From NCBI GenBank assembly GCA_964016885.1, contig OZ024741.1, positions 250,232,001-250,296,000 of the forward strand: a stretch of 64,000 nucleotides of DNA, given 5' to 3'. The stretch comes from Eledone cirrhosa (Eukaryota). The translations under genes were made by a program, and so were the position numbers. Shown here in pieces: positions 52,701 to 64,000 of this stretch. Every line of letters begins with the position of its first letter. Position 1 is the first letter of the stretch. The notes under the pieces were generated by a model. It searched no databases. It had not been told where the DNA came from and was given only the letters and a program-made list of their open reading frames with translations.

Positions 52701-55700
52701 AAAATCAGGGGGAGATAATTTGTAAAAAAAAAATCAGGGGGAGATAATTTGTAAAAAAAATCAGGGGGAGATAATTTGTAGAAAAAATCAGGGGTAGATA
52801 ATTTGTAAAAAAAATCAGGGGGAGATAATTTGTAAAAAAAATCAGGGGGAGATAATTTGTAAAAAAAATCAGGGGTAGATAATTTTCAGCCGTCCAAGGG
52901 GAGATAATTTCCATCCTTCCAAGGGGAGATAATTTCCAGCCGTCCAAGGGGAGATAATTTCCCGCCAGCCAAGGAGAGATAACATTTAAAAAAATCAGGC
53001 GGAGATAATTTGTAAAAAAAATCAGGGGGAGATAATTTGTAAAAAAATCAGGGGGAGATAATTTGTAAAAAAAATCAGGGGTAGATAATTTCCAGCCGTC
53101 CAAGGGGAGATAATTTCCCGCCAGCCAAGGAGAGATAATATTTAAAAAAATCAGGCGGAGATAATTTGTAAAAAAAATCAGGGGGAGATAATTTGTAAAA
53201 AAATCAGGGGGAGATAATTTGTAAAAAAAAATCAGGGGGAGATAATTTGTAAAAAAAATCAGGGGGAGATAATTTGTAAAAAAAAATCAGGGGTAGATAA
53301 TTTGTAAAAAAAAATCAGGGGGAGATAATTTGTAAAAAAAAAATCAGGGGGAGATAATTTGTAAAAAAATCAAGGGGAGATAATTTCCAGCCGGCCAAGG
53401 GGAGATAATTTTCAGCCGTCCAAGGAGAGGTAATTTCTAGCCGTCCAAGGGGAGATAATTTCCAGCCGTCCAAGGGGAGATAATTTTTTAAAAAAAATCA
53501 GGCGGAGATAATTTGTAAACAAAAATCAGGGGGAGATAATTTGTAAAAAAAAATCAGGGGGAGATAATTTGTAAAAAAAAAATCAGGGGGTGATAATTTG
53601 TAAAAAAATCAAGGGGAGATAATTTCCAGCCGTCCAAGGGGAGATAATTTTCAGCCGTCCACGGAGAGGTAATTTCTAGCCGTCCAAGGGGAGATAATTT
53701 CCAGCCAGCCAAGGGGAGATAATTTGTAAAAAAATCAGGGGTAGATAATTTGTAAAAAAAAATCAGGGGGAGATAATTTGTAAAAAAAATCAGGGGGAGA
53801 TAATTTGTAAAAAAAATCAGGGGTAGATAATTTCCAGCCGTCCAAGGGGAGATAATTTCCATCCTTCCAAGGGGAGATAATTTCCAGCCGTCCAAGGGGA
53901 GATAATTTCCCGCCAGCCAAGGAGAGATAACATTTAAAAAAATCAGGCGGAGATAATTTGTAAAAAAAATCAGGGGGAGATAATTTGTAAAAAAATCAGG
54001 GGGAGATAATTTGTAAAAAAAATCAGGGGTAGATAATTTCCAGCCGTCCAAGGGGAGATAATTTCCATCCTTCCAAGGGGAGATAATTTCCAGCCGTCCA
54101 AGGGGAGATAATTTCCCGCCAGCCAAGGAGAGATAATATTTAAAAAAATCAGGCGGAGATAATTTGTAAAAAAAATCAGGGGGAGATAATTTGTAAAAAA
54201 ATCAGGGGGAGATAATTTGTAAAAAAAAATTAGGGGAGATAATTTGTAAAAAAAATCAGGGGGAGATAATTTGTAAAAAAAAATCAGGGGTAGATAATTT
54301 GTAAAAAAAAATCAGGGGGAGATAATTTGTAAAAAAAAAATCAGGGGGAGATAATTTGTAAAAAAATCAAGGGGAGATAATTTCCAGCCGTCCAAGGGGA
54401 GATAATTTTCAGCCGTCCAAGGAGGTAATTTCTAGCCGTCCAAGGGGAGATAATTTCCAGCCGTCCAAGGGGAGATAATTTTTTTTAAAAAATCAGGCGG
54501 AGATAATTTGTAAACAAAAATCAGGGGGAGATAATTTGTAAAAAAAAATCAGGGGGAGATAATTTGTAAAAAAAAATCAGGGGGAGATAATTTGTAAAAA
54601 AAATCAAGGGGAGATAATTTCCAGCCGTCCAAGGGGAGGTAATATCTAGCCATCCAAGGGGAGATAATTCCCAGCCGTCCAAGGGGAGATAATTTCCAGC
54701 AGTCCAAGGGGAGATAATATCCAGCCGTCCAAGGAGACATATTTTCCAGCCGTCCAAGGAGAGGTAATTTCTAGCCGTCCAAGGGGAGATAAGTTCCAGC
54801 CTCCAAGGGGAGAAAATTTCCAGCCAGCCAAGGGGAGATAATTTGTAAAAAAATCAGGGGGAGATAATTTGTAAAAAAAAAATCAGGGGGAGATAATTTG
54901 TAAAAAAATCAGGGGGAGATAATTTGTAAAAAAAAATCAGGGGGAGATAATTTGTAAAAAAAATCAGGGGGAGATAATTTGTAGAAAAAATCAGGGGTAG
55001 ATAATTTGTAAAAAAAATCAGGGGGAGATAATTTGTAAAAAAAATCAGGGGGAGATAATTTGTAAAAAAAATCAGGGGTAGATAATTTTCAGCCGTCCAA
55101 GGGGAGATAATTTCCATCCTTCCAAGGGGAGATAATTTCCAGCCGTCCAAGGGGAGATAATTTCCCGCCAGCCAAGGAGAGATAACATTTAAAAAAATCA
55201 GGCGGAGATAATTTGTAAAAAAAATCAGGGGGAGATAATTTGTAAAAAAATCAGGGGGAGATAATTTGTAAAAAAAATCAGGGGTAGATAATTTCCAGCC
55301 GTCCAAGGGGAGATAATTTCCCGCCAGCCAAGGAGAGATAATATTTAAAAAAATCAGGCGGAGATAATTTGTAAAAAAAATCAGGGGGAGATAATTTGTA
55401 AAAAAATCAGGGGGAGATAATTTGTAAAAAAAAATCAGGGGGAGATAATTTGTAAAAAAAATCAGGGGGAGATAATTTGTAAAAAAAAATCAGGGGTAGA
55501 TAATTTGTAAAAAAAAATCAGGGGGAGATAATTTGTAAAAAAAAAATCAGGGGGAGATAATTTGTAAAAAAATCAAGGGGAGATAATTTCCAGCCGGCCA
55601 AGGGGAGATAATTTTCAGCCGTCCAAGGAGAGGTAATTTCTAGCCGTCCAAGGGGAGATAATTTCCAGCCGTCCAAGGGGAGATAATTTTTTAAAAAAAA

Positions 55701-56695
55701 TCAGGCGGAGATAATTTGTAAACAAAAATCAGGGGGAGATAATTTGTAAAAAAAAATCAGGGGGAGATAATTTGTAAAAAAAAAATCAGGGGGTGATAAT
55801 TTGTAAAAAAATCAAGGGGAGATAATTTCCAGCCGTCCAAGGGGAGATAATTTTCAGCCGTCCACGGAGAGGTAATTTCTAGCCGTCCAAGGGGAGATAA
55901 TTTCCAGCCAGCCAAGGGGAGATAATTTGTAAAAAAATCAGGGGTAGATAATTTGTAAAAAAAAATCAGGGGGAGATAATTTGTAAAAAAAATCAGGGGG
56001 AGATAATTTGTAAAAAAAATCAGGGGTAGATAATTTCCAGCCGTCCAAGGGGAGATAATTTCCATCCTTCCAAGGGGAGATAATTTCCAGCCGTCCAAGG
56101 GGAGATAATTTCCCGCCAGCCAAGGAGAGATAACATTTAAAAAAATCAGGCGGAGATAATTTGTAAAAAAAATCAGGGGGAGATAATTTGTAAAAAAATC
56201 AGGGGGAGATAATTTGTAAAAAAAATCAGGGGTAGATAATTTCCAGCCGTCCAAGGGGAGATAATTTCCATCCTTCCAAGGGGAGATAATTTCCAGCCGT
56301 CCAAGGGGAGATAATTTCCCGCCAGCCAAGGAGAGATAATATTTAAAAAAATCAGGCGGAGATAATTTGTAAAAAAAATCAGGGGGAGATAATTTGTAAA
56401 AAAATCAGGGGGAGATAATTTGTAAAAAAAAATCAGGGGAGATAATTTGTAAAAAAAATCAGGGGGAGATAATTTGTAAAAAAAAATCAGGGGTAGATAA
56501 TTTGTAAAAAAAAATCAGGGGGAGATAATTTGTAAAAAAAAAATCAGGGGGAGATAATTTGTAAAAAAATCAAGGGGAGATAATTTCCAGCCGTCCAAGG
56601 GGAGATAATTTTCAGCCGTCCAAGGAGGTAATTTCTAGCCGTCCAAGGGGAGATAATTTCCAGCCGTCCAAGGGGAGATAATTTTTTTAAAAAAA
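48293..56695 (+). repeat. Tandem higher-order repeat: units of 1998, 1998, 2204 and 2203 bp
   Basis: The equivalent TCAGGCGG anchor lies at 48293, 50291, 52289, 54493 and 56696. ORF starts are 48321/50319/52317/54521 and 49558/51556/53554/55757. The longer units carry one extra 206-bp X module. Confidence 0.92.
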
Positions 56696-59600
56696 TCAGG
56701 CGGAGATAATTTGTAAACAAAAATCAGGGGGAGATAATTTGTAAAAAAAAATCAGGGGGAGATAATTTGTAAAAAAAAAATCAGGGGGTGATAATTTGTA
56801 AAAAAATCAAGGGGAGATAATTTCCAGCCGTCCAAGGGGAGATAATTTTCAGCCGTCCAAGGAGAGGTAATTTCTAGCCGTCCAAGGGGAGATAATTTCC
56901 AGCCAGCCAAGGGGAGATAATTTGTAAAAAAATCAGGGGTAGATAATTTGTAAAAAAAAATCAGGGGGAGATAATTTGTAAAAAAAATCAGGGGGAGATA
57001 ATTTGTAAAAAAAATCAGGGGTAGATAATTTCCAGCCGTCCAAGGGGAGATAATTTCCATCCTTCCAAGGGGAGATAATTTCCAGCCGTCCAAGGGGAGA
57101 TAATTTCCCGCCAGCCAAGGAGATAATATTTAAAAAAATCAGGCGGAGATAATTTGTAAAAAAAATCAGGGGGAGATAATTTGTAAAAAAATCAGGGGGA
57201 GATAATTTGTAAAAAAAAATCAGGGGGAGATAATTTGTAAAAAAAATCAGGGGGAGATAATTTGTAAAAAAAAATCAGGGGTAGATAATTTGTAAAAAAA
57301 AATCAGGGGGAGATAATTTGTAAAAAAAAAATCAGGGGGAGATAATTTGTAAAAAAATCAAGGGGAGATAATTTCCAGCCGTCCAAGGGGAGATAATTTT
57401 CAGCCGTCCAAGGAGAGGTAATTTCTAGCCGTCCAAGGGGAGATAATTTCCAGCCGTCCAAGGGGAGATAATTTTTTTTTAAAAATCAGGCGGAGATAAT
57501 TTGTAAACAAAAATCAGGGGGAGATAATTTGTAAAAAAAAATCAGGGGGAGATAATTTGTAAAAAAAAATCAGGGGGAGATAATTTGTAAAAAAAATCAA
57601 GGGGAGATAATTTCCAGCCGTCCAAGGGGAGGTAATATCTAGCCATCCAAGGGGAGATAATTTCCAGCCGTCCAAGGGGAGATAATTTCCAGCCGTCCAA
57701 GGGGAGATAATATCCAGCCGTCCAAGGAGACATATTTTCCAGCCGTCCAAGGAGACGTAATTTCTAGCCGTCCAAGGGGAGATAAGTTCCAGCCTCCAAG
57801 GGGAGATAATTTCCAGCCAGCCAAGGGGAGATAATTTGTAAAAAAATTAGGGGGAGATAATTTGTAAAAAAAAATTAGGGGGAGATAATTTGTAAAAAAA
57901 ATCAGGGGGAGATAATTTGTAAAAAAAAATCAGGGGGAGATAATTTGTAAAAAAAATCAAGGGGAGATAATTTCCAGCCGTCCAAGGGGAGATAATTTTC
58001 AGCCGTCCAAGGAGAGGTAAATTCTAGCCGTCCAAGGAGATATAATTTCCAGCCGTCCAAGGGGAGATAATTTCCAGCCGTCCAAGGGGAGGTAATATCT
58101 AGCCATCCAAGGGGAGATAATTTCCAGCCGTCCAAGGGGAGATAATATCCAGCCGTCCAAGGAGACATATTTTCCAGCCGTCCAAGGAGAGGTAATTTCT
58201 AGCCGTCCAAGGGGAGATAAGTTCCAGCCTCCAAGGGGAGATAATTTCCAGCCAGCCAAGGGGAGATAATTTGTAAAAAAATCAGGGGGGAGATAATTTG
58301 TAAAAAAAATCAGGGGGAGATAATTTGAAAAAAAAATCAGGGGGAGATAATTTGTAAAAAATATCAAGGGGAGATAATTTCCAGCCCTCCAAGGGGCTAT
58401 AATTTCCAGCCGTGCAAGGGGAGATAATTTCCAGCCGTCCAAGGGGAGATAATTTCCATCCTTCCAAGGGGAGATAATTTCCAGCCGTCCAAGGGGAGAT
58501 AATTTCCCGCCAGCCAAGGGAAGATAATTTTTTAAAAAATCAGGCGGAGATTGTAAAAAAAATCAGTGGGAGATAATTTGTAAAAAAATCAGGGGGAGAT
58601 AATTTGTAAAAAAAAAATCAGGGGGAGATAATTTGTAAAAAAAAATCAGGGGGAGATAATTTGTAAAAAAAATCAGGGGGAGATAATTTGTAAAAAAAAT
58701 CAGGGGTAGATAATTTGTAAAAAAAATCAGGGGGAGATAATTTGTAAAAAAAATCAGGGGGAGATAATTTGTAAAAAAAATCAGGGGTAGATAATTTTCA
58801 GCCGTCCAAGGGGAGATAATTTCCATCCTTCCAAGGGGAGATAATTTCCAGCCGTCCAAGGGGAGATAATTTCCCGCCAGCCAAGGAGAGATAACATTTA
58901 AAAAAATCAGGCGGAGATAATTTGTAAAAAAATCAGGGGGAGATAATTTGTAAAAAAAATCAGGGGTAGATAATTTCCAGCCGTCCAAGGGGAGATAATT
59001 TCCATCCTTCCAAGGGGAGATAATTTCCAGCCGTCCAAGGGGAGATAATTTCCCGCCAGCCAAGGAGAGATAATATTTAAAAAAATCAGGCGGAGATAAT
59101 TTGTAAAAAAAATCAGGGGGAGATAATTTGTAAAAAAATCAGGGGGAGATAATTTGTAAAAAAAAATCAGGGGGAGATAATTTGTAAAAAAAAATCAGGG
59201 GGAGATAATTTGTAAAAAAAAATCAGGGGTAGATAATTTGTAAAAAAAAATCAGGGGGAGATAATTTGTAAAAAAAAAATCAGGGGGAGATAATTTGTAA
59301 AAAAATCAAGGGGAGATAATTTCCAGCCGTCCAAGGGGAGATAATTTTCAGCCGTCCAAGGAGAGGTAATTTCTAGCCGTCCAAGGGGAGATAATTTCCA
59401 GCCGTCCAAGGGGAGATAATTTTTTTAAAAAAATCAGGCGGAGATAATTTGTAAACAAAAATCAGGGGGAGATAATTTGTAAAAAAAAATCAGGGGGAGA
59501 TAATTTGTAAAAAAAATCAAGGGGAGATAATTTGTAAAAAAAAATCAGGGGTAGATAATTTGTAAAAAAAAATCAGGGGGAGATAATTTGTAAAAAAAAA

Positions 59601-61975
59601 ATCAGGGGGAGATAATTTGTAAAAAAATCAAGGGGAGATAATTTCCAGCCGTCCAAGGGGAGATAATTTTCAGCCGTCCAAGGAGAGGTAATTTCTAGCC
59701 GTCCAAGGGGAGATAATTTCCAGCCAGCCAAGGGGAGATAATTTGTAAAAAAATCAGGGGTAGATAATTTGTAAAAAAAAATCAGGGGGAGATAATTTGT
59801 AAAAAAAATCAGGGGGAGATAATTTGTAAAAAAAATCAGGGGTAGATAATTTCCAGCCGTCCAAGCGGAGATAATTTCCATCCTTCCAAGGGGAGATAAT
59901 TTCCAGCCGTCCAAGGGGAGATAATTTCCCGCCAGCCAAGGAGAGATAACATTTAAAAAAATCAGGCGGAGATAATTTGTAAAAAAAATCAGGGGGAGAT
60001 AATTTGTAAAAAAATCAGGGGGAGATAATTTGTAAAAAAAATCAGGGGTAGATAATTTCCAGCCGTCCAAGGGGAGATAATTTCCATCCTTCCAAGGGGA
60101 GATAATTTCCAGCCGTCCAAGGGGAGATAATTTCCCGCCAGCCAAGGAGAGATAATATTTAAAAAAATCAGGCGGAGATAATTTGTAAAAAAAATCAGGG
60201 GGAGATAATTTGTAAAAAAATCAGGGGGAGATAATTTGTAAAAAAAAATCAGGGGAGATAATTTGTAAAAAAAATCAGGGGGAGATAATTTGTAAAAAAA
60301 AATCAGGGGTAGATAATTTGTAAAAAAAAATCAGGGGGAGATAATTTGTAAAAAAAAAATCAGGGGGAGATAATTTGTAAAAAAATCAAGGGGAGATAAT
60401 TTCCAGCCGTCCAAGGGGAGATAATTTTCAGCCGTCCAAGGAGGTAATTTCTAGCCGTCCAAGGGGAGATAATTTCCAGCCGTCCAAGGGGAGATAATTT
60501 TTTTTAAAAAATCAGGCGGAGATAATTTGTAAACAAAAATCAGGGGGAGATAATTTGTAAAAAAAAATCAGGGGGAGATAATTTGTAAAAAAAAATCAGG
60601 GGGAGATAATTTGTAAAAAAAATCAAGGGGAGATAATTTCCAGCCGTCCAAGGGGAGGTAATATCTAGCCATCCAAGGGGAGATAATTCCCAGCCGTCCA
60701 AGGGGAGATAATTTCCAGCCGTCCAAGGGGAGATAATATCCAGCCGTCCAAGGAGACATATTTTCCAGCCGTCCAAGGAGAGGTAATTTCTAGCCGTCCA
60801 AGGGGAGATAAGTTCCAGCCTCCAAGGGGAGAAAATTTCCAGCCAGCCAAGGGGAGATAATTTGTAAAAAAATCAGGGGGAGATAATTTGTAAAAAAAAA
60901 ATCAGGGGGAGATAATTTGTAAAAAAATCAGGGGGAGATAATTTGTAAAAAAAAAATCAGTGGGAGATAATTTGTAAAAAAAATCAGGGGGAGATAATTT
61001 GTAGAAAAAATCAGGGGTAGATAATTTGTAAAAAAAATCAGGGGGAGATAATTTGTAAAAAAAATCAGGGGGAGATAATTTGTAAAAAAAATCAGGGGTA
61101 GATAATTTTCAGCCGTCCAAGGGGAGATAATTTCCATCCTTCCAAGGGGAGATAATTTCCAGCCGTCCAAGGGGAGATAATTTCCCGCCAGCCAAGGAGA
61201 GATAACATTTAAAAAAATCAGGCGGAGATAATTTGTAAAAAAAATCAGGGGGAGATAATTTGTAAAAAAATCAGGGGGAGATAATTTGTAAAAAAAATCA
61301 GGGGTAGATAATTTCCAGCCGTCCAAGGGGAGATAATTTCCCGCCAGCCAAGGAGAGATAATATTTAAAAAAATCAGGCGGAGATAATTTGTAAAAAAAA
61401 TCAGGGGGAGATAATTTGTAAAAAAATCAGGGGGAGATAATTTGTAAAAAAAAATCAGGGGGAGATAATTTGTAAAAAAAATCAGGGGGAGATAATTTGT
61501 AAAAAAAAATCAGGGGTAGATAATTTGTAAAAAAAAAATCAGGGGGAGATAATTTGTAAAAAAATCAAGGGGAGATAATTTCCAGCCGGCCAAGGGGAGA
61601 TAATTTTCAGCCGTCCAAGGAGAGGTAATTTCTAGCCGTCCAAGGGGAGATAATTTCCAGCCGTCCAAGGGGAGATAATTTTTAAAAAAAAATCAGGCGG
61701 AGATAATTTGTAAACAAAAATCAGGGGGAGATAATTTGTAAAAAAAAATCAGGGGGAGATAATTTGTAAAAAAAAAATCAGGGGGTGATAATTTGTAAAA
61801 AAATCAAGGGGAGATAATTTCCAGCCGTCCAAGGGGAGATAATTTTCAGCCGTCCAAGGAGAGGTAATTTCTAGCCGTCCAAGGGGAGATAATTTCCAGC
61901 CAGCCAAGGGGAGATAATTTGTAAAAAAATCAGGGGTAGATAATTTGTAAAAAAAAATCAGGGGGAGATAATTTG
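54020..61975 (+). repeat. Second copy of the ~8-kb block at 41800-49780
   Basis: Same module order and near-identical variants. One A monomer is missing near 61520. Confidence 0.85.
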
Positions 61976-64000
61976 TAAAAAAAATCAGGGGGAGATAATT
62001 TGTAAAAAAAAAATCAGGGGGAGATAATTTGTAAAAAAAATCAGGGGGAGATAATTTGTAGAAAAAATCAGGGGTAGATAATTTGTAAAAAAAATCAGGG
62101 GGAGATAATTTGTAAAAAAAATCAGGGGGAGATAATTTGTAAAAAAAATCAGGGGTAGATAATTTTCAGCCGTCCAAGGGGAGATAATTTCCATCCTTCC
62201 AAGGGGAGATAATTTCCAGCCGTCCAAGGGGAGATAATTTCCCGCCAGCCAAGGAGAGATAACATTTAAAAAAATCAGGCGGAGATAATTTGTAAAAAAA
62301 ATCAGGGGGAGATAATTTGTAAAAAAATCAGGGGGAGATAATTTGTAAAAAAAATCAGGGGTAGATAATTTCCAGCCGTCCAAGGGGAGATAATTTCCCG
62401 CCAGCCAAGGAGAGATAATATTTAAAAAAATCAGGCGGAGATAATTTGTAAAAAAAATCAGGGGGAGATAATTTGTAAAAAAATCAGGGGGAGATAATTT
62501 GTAAAAAAAAATCAGGGGGAGATAATTTGTAAAAAAAATCAGGGGGAGATAATTTGTAAAAAAAAATCAGGGGTAGATAATTTGTAAAAAAAAATCAGGG
62601 GGAGATAATTTGTAAAAAAAAAATCAGGGGGAGATAATTTGTAAAAAAATCAAGGGGAGATAATTTCCAGCCGGCCAAGGGGAGATAATTTTCAGCCGTC
62701 CAAGGAGAGGTAATTTCTAGCCGTCCAAGGGGAGATAATTTCCAGCCGTCCAAGGGGAGATAATTTTTAAAAAAAAATCAGGCGGAGATAATTTGTAAAC
62801 AAAAATCAGGGGGAGATAATTTGTAAAAAAAAATCAGGGGGAGATAATTTGTAAAAAAAAAATCAGGGGGTGATAATTTGTAAAAAAATCAAGGGGAGAT
62901 AATTTCCAGCCGTCCAAGGGGAGATAATTTTCAGCCGTCCAAGGAGAGGTAATTTCTAGCCGTCCAAGGGGAGATAATTTCCAGCCAGCCAAGGGGAGAT
63001 AATTTGTAAAAAAATCAGGGGTAGATAATTTGTAAAAAAAAATCAGGGGGAGATAATTTGTAAAAAAAATCAGGGGGAGATAATTTGTAAAAAAAATCAG
63101 GGGTAGATAATTTCCAGCCGTCCAAGGGGAGATAATTTCCATCCTTCCAAGGGGAGATAATTTCCAGCCGTCCAAGGGGAGATAATTTCCCGCCAGCCAA
63201 GGAGAGATAATATTTAAAAAAATCAGGCGGAGATAATTTGTAAAAAAAATCAGGGGGAGATAATTTGTAAAAAAATCAGGGGGAGATAATTTGTAAAAAA
63301 AAATTAGGGGAGATAATTTGTAAAAAACATCAGGGGGAGATAATTTGTAAAAAAAAATCAGGGGTAGATAATTTGTAAAAAAAAATCAGGGGGAGATAAT
63401 TTGTAAAAAAAAAATCAGGGGGAGATAATTTGTAAAAAAATCAAGGGGAGATAATTTCCAGCCGTCCAAGGGGAGATAATTTTCAGCCGTCCAAGGAGGT
63501 AATTTCTAGCCGTCCAAGGGGAGATAATTTCCAGCCGTCCAAGGGGAGATAATTTTTTTTAAAAAATCAGGCGGAGATAATTTGTAAACAAAAATCAGGG
63601 GGAGATAATTTGTAAAAAAAAATCAGGGGGAGATAATTTGTAAAAAAAAATCAGGGGGAGATAATTTGTAAAAAAAATCAAGGGGAGATAATTTCCAGCC
63701 GTCCAAGGGGAGGTAATATCTAGCCATCCAAGGGGAGATAATTCCCAGCCGTCCAAGGGGAGATAATTTCCAGCCGTCCAAGGGGAGATAATATCCAGCC
63801 GTCCAAGGAGACATATTTTCCAGCCGTCCAAGGAGAGGTAATTTCTAGCCGTCCAAGGGGAGATAAGTTCCAGCCTCCAAGGGGAGAAAATTTCCAGCCA
63901 GCCAAGGGGAGATAATTTGTAAAAAAATCAGGGGGAGATAATTTGTAAAAAAAAAATCAGGGGGAGATAATTTGTAAAAAAATCAGGGGGAGATAATTTG

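Larger units (their letters stand above)
1..64000 (+). repeat. Composite tandem satellite array of two related monomers: type A (26-29 bp) and type B (25 bp), shared core GGGGAGATAATTT
   Basis: Every line parses into TCAGGGGGAGATAATTTGT(A)7-10, CCAAGGGGAGATAATTTCCAGCCGT or close variants. All copies lie head-to-tail on the same strand, there is no unique sequence, and the array runs off both window ends. Confidence 0.99.

Noticed and set aside
144-63905. About 200 short minus-strand ORFs with repeated peptides (LSPLGRLEIISPW, NYLPLDGWK, IFFTNYLPL)
   Set aside because: They are translations of the satellite. The B consensus has no stop codon on the minus strand, most starts are TTG from CCAA, the ORFs overlap in all three frames, monomer lengths mostly are not multiples of 3, and A-tract variation shifts frames freely. 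The resemblance to leucine-rich repeats is superficial.
1-64000. CRISPR-like repeat/spacer appearance
   Set aside because: The constant part is only ~13 bp. The intervening 12-16 bp belong to two recurring classes rather than being unique spacers, and there are no cas genes or leader.
1-64000. Canonical G-quadruplex array
   Set aside because: G4-5 runs are separated by ~21-24 nt, far above the usual 1-7 nt loops. Long-loop or intermolecular G4 cannot be excluded but is unsupported.
1-64000. Telomerase-type telomeric repeat
   Set aside because: Although G-skewed and similar in length to long yeast telomere units, the two monomer classes, HORs and multi-kb duplications indicate recombination-based amplification rather than templated addition. 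TTAGGG occurs only as a sporadic TCAGGG variant.
1-64000. Shine-Dalgarno-like GGAG/AAGGAG and -10-like TATAAT/GATAAT motifs
   Set aside because: They are by-products of the monomer sequence. The + strand has almost no ATG and no ORFs, and nothing suggests prokaryotic gene organisation.
1-64000. Pure sequencing or assembly artefact, or synthetic concatemer
   Set aside because: Nested, consistently shared private variants and reproducible homopolymer patterns fit a real evolving array. Individual block copy numbers and junctions still need read validation.
1-64000. Assignment to a named satellite family or organism
   Set aside because: I do not recognise the monomers with confidence. A database search is required.

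Overview
The whole 64 kb is one uninterrupted, single-orientation, non-coding tandem satellite array, probably eukaryotic heterochromatin; I cannot name the organism or family. It contains roughly 2,400 short monomers (estimate: 64,000/~26.5) of two kinds that share the core GGGGAGATAATTT. Type A is AT-rich, TCAGGGGGAGATAATTTGT(A)7-10, 26-29 bp, ~30% GC. Type B is GC-rich, CCAAGGGGAGATAATTTCCAGCCGT, 25 bp, ~52% GC. Runs of A monomers alternate with runs of B monomers to form a small set of recurring modules (here called X, Y, Z, W), each with fixed entry and exit monomers. The modules build a ~2.0-2.25 kb higher-order repeat (exactly 1998 bp in tandem at ~48-54 kb). The array is further patched together from multi-kb duplications (offsets ~3.1, 4.4, 6.1-6.3, 7.9, 12.2, 15-16, 32.4 and 40.3 kb) traceable by private variants. 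A more diverged monomer subfamily is confined to ~12-35 kb. All predicted ORFs are artefacts of translating the repeat, and I find no gene, RNA gene, transposon or CRISPR array. The most unusual signals are the two-monomer grammar, A-tract length patterns copied exactly across 40 kb, and a TnAm junction that slides while its total length stays at 14.
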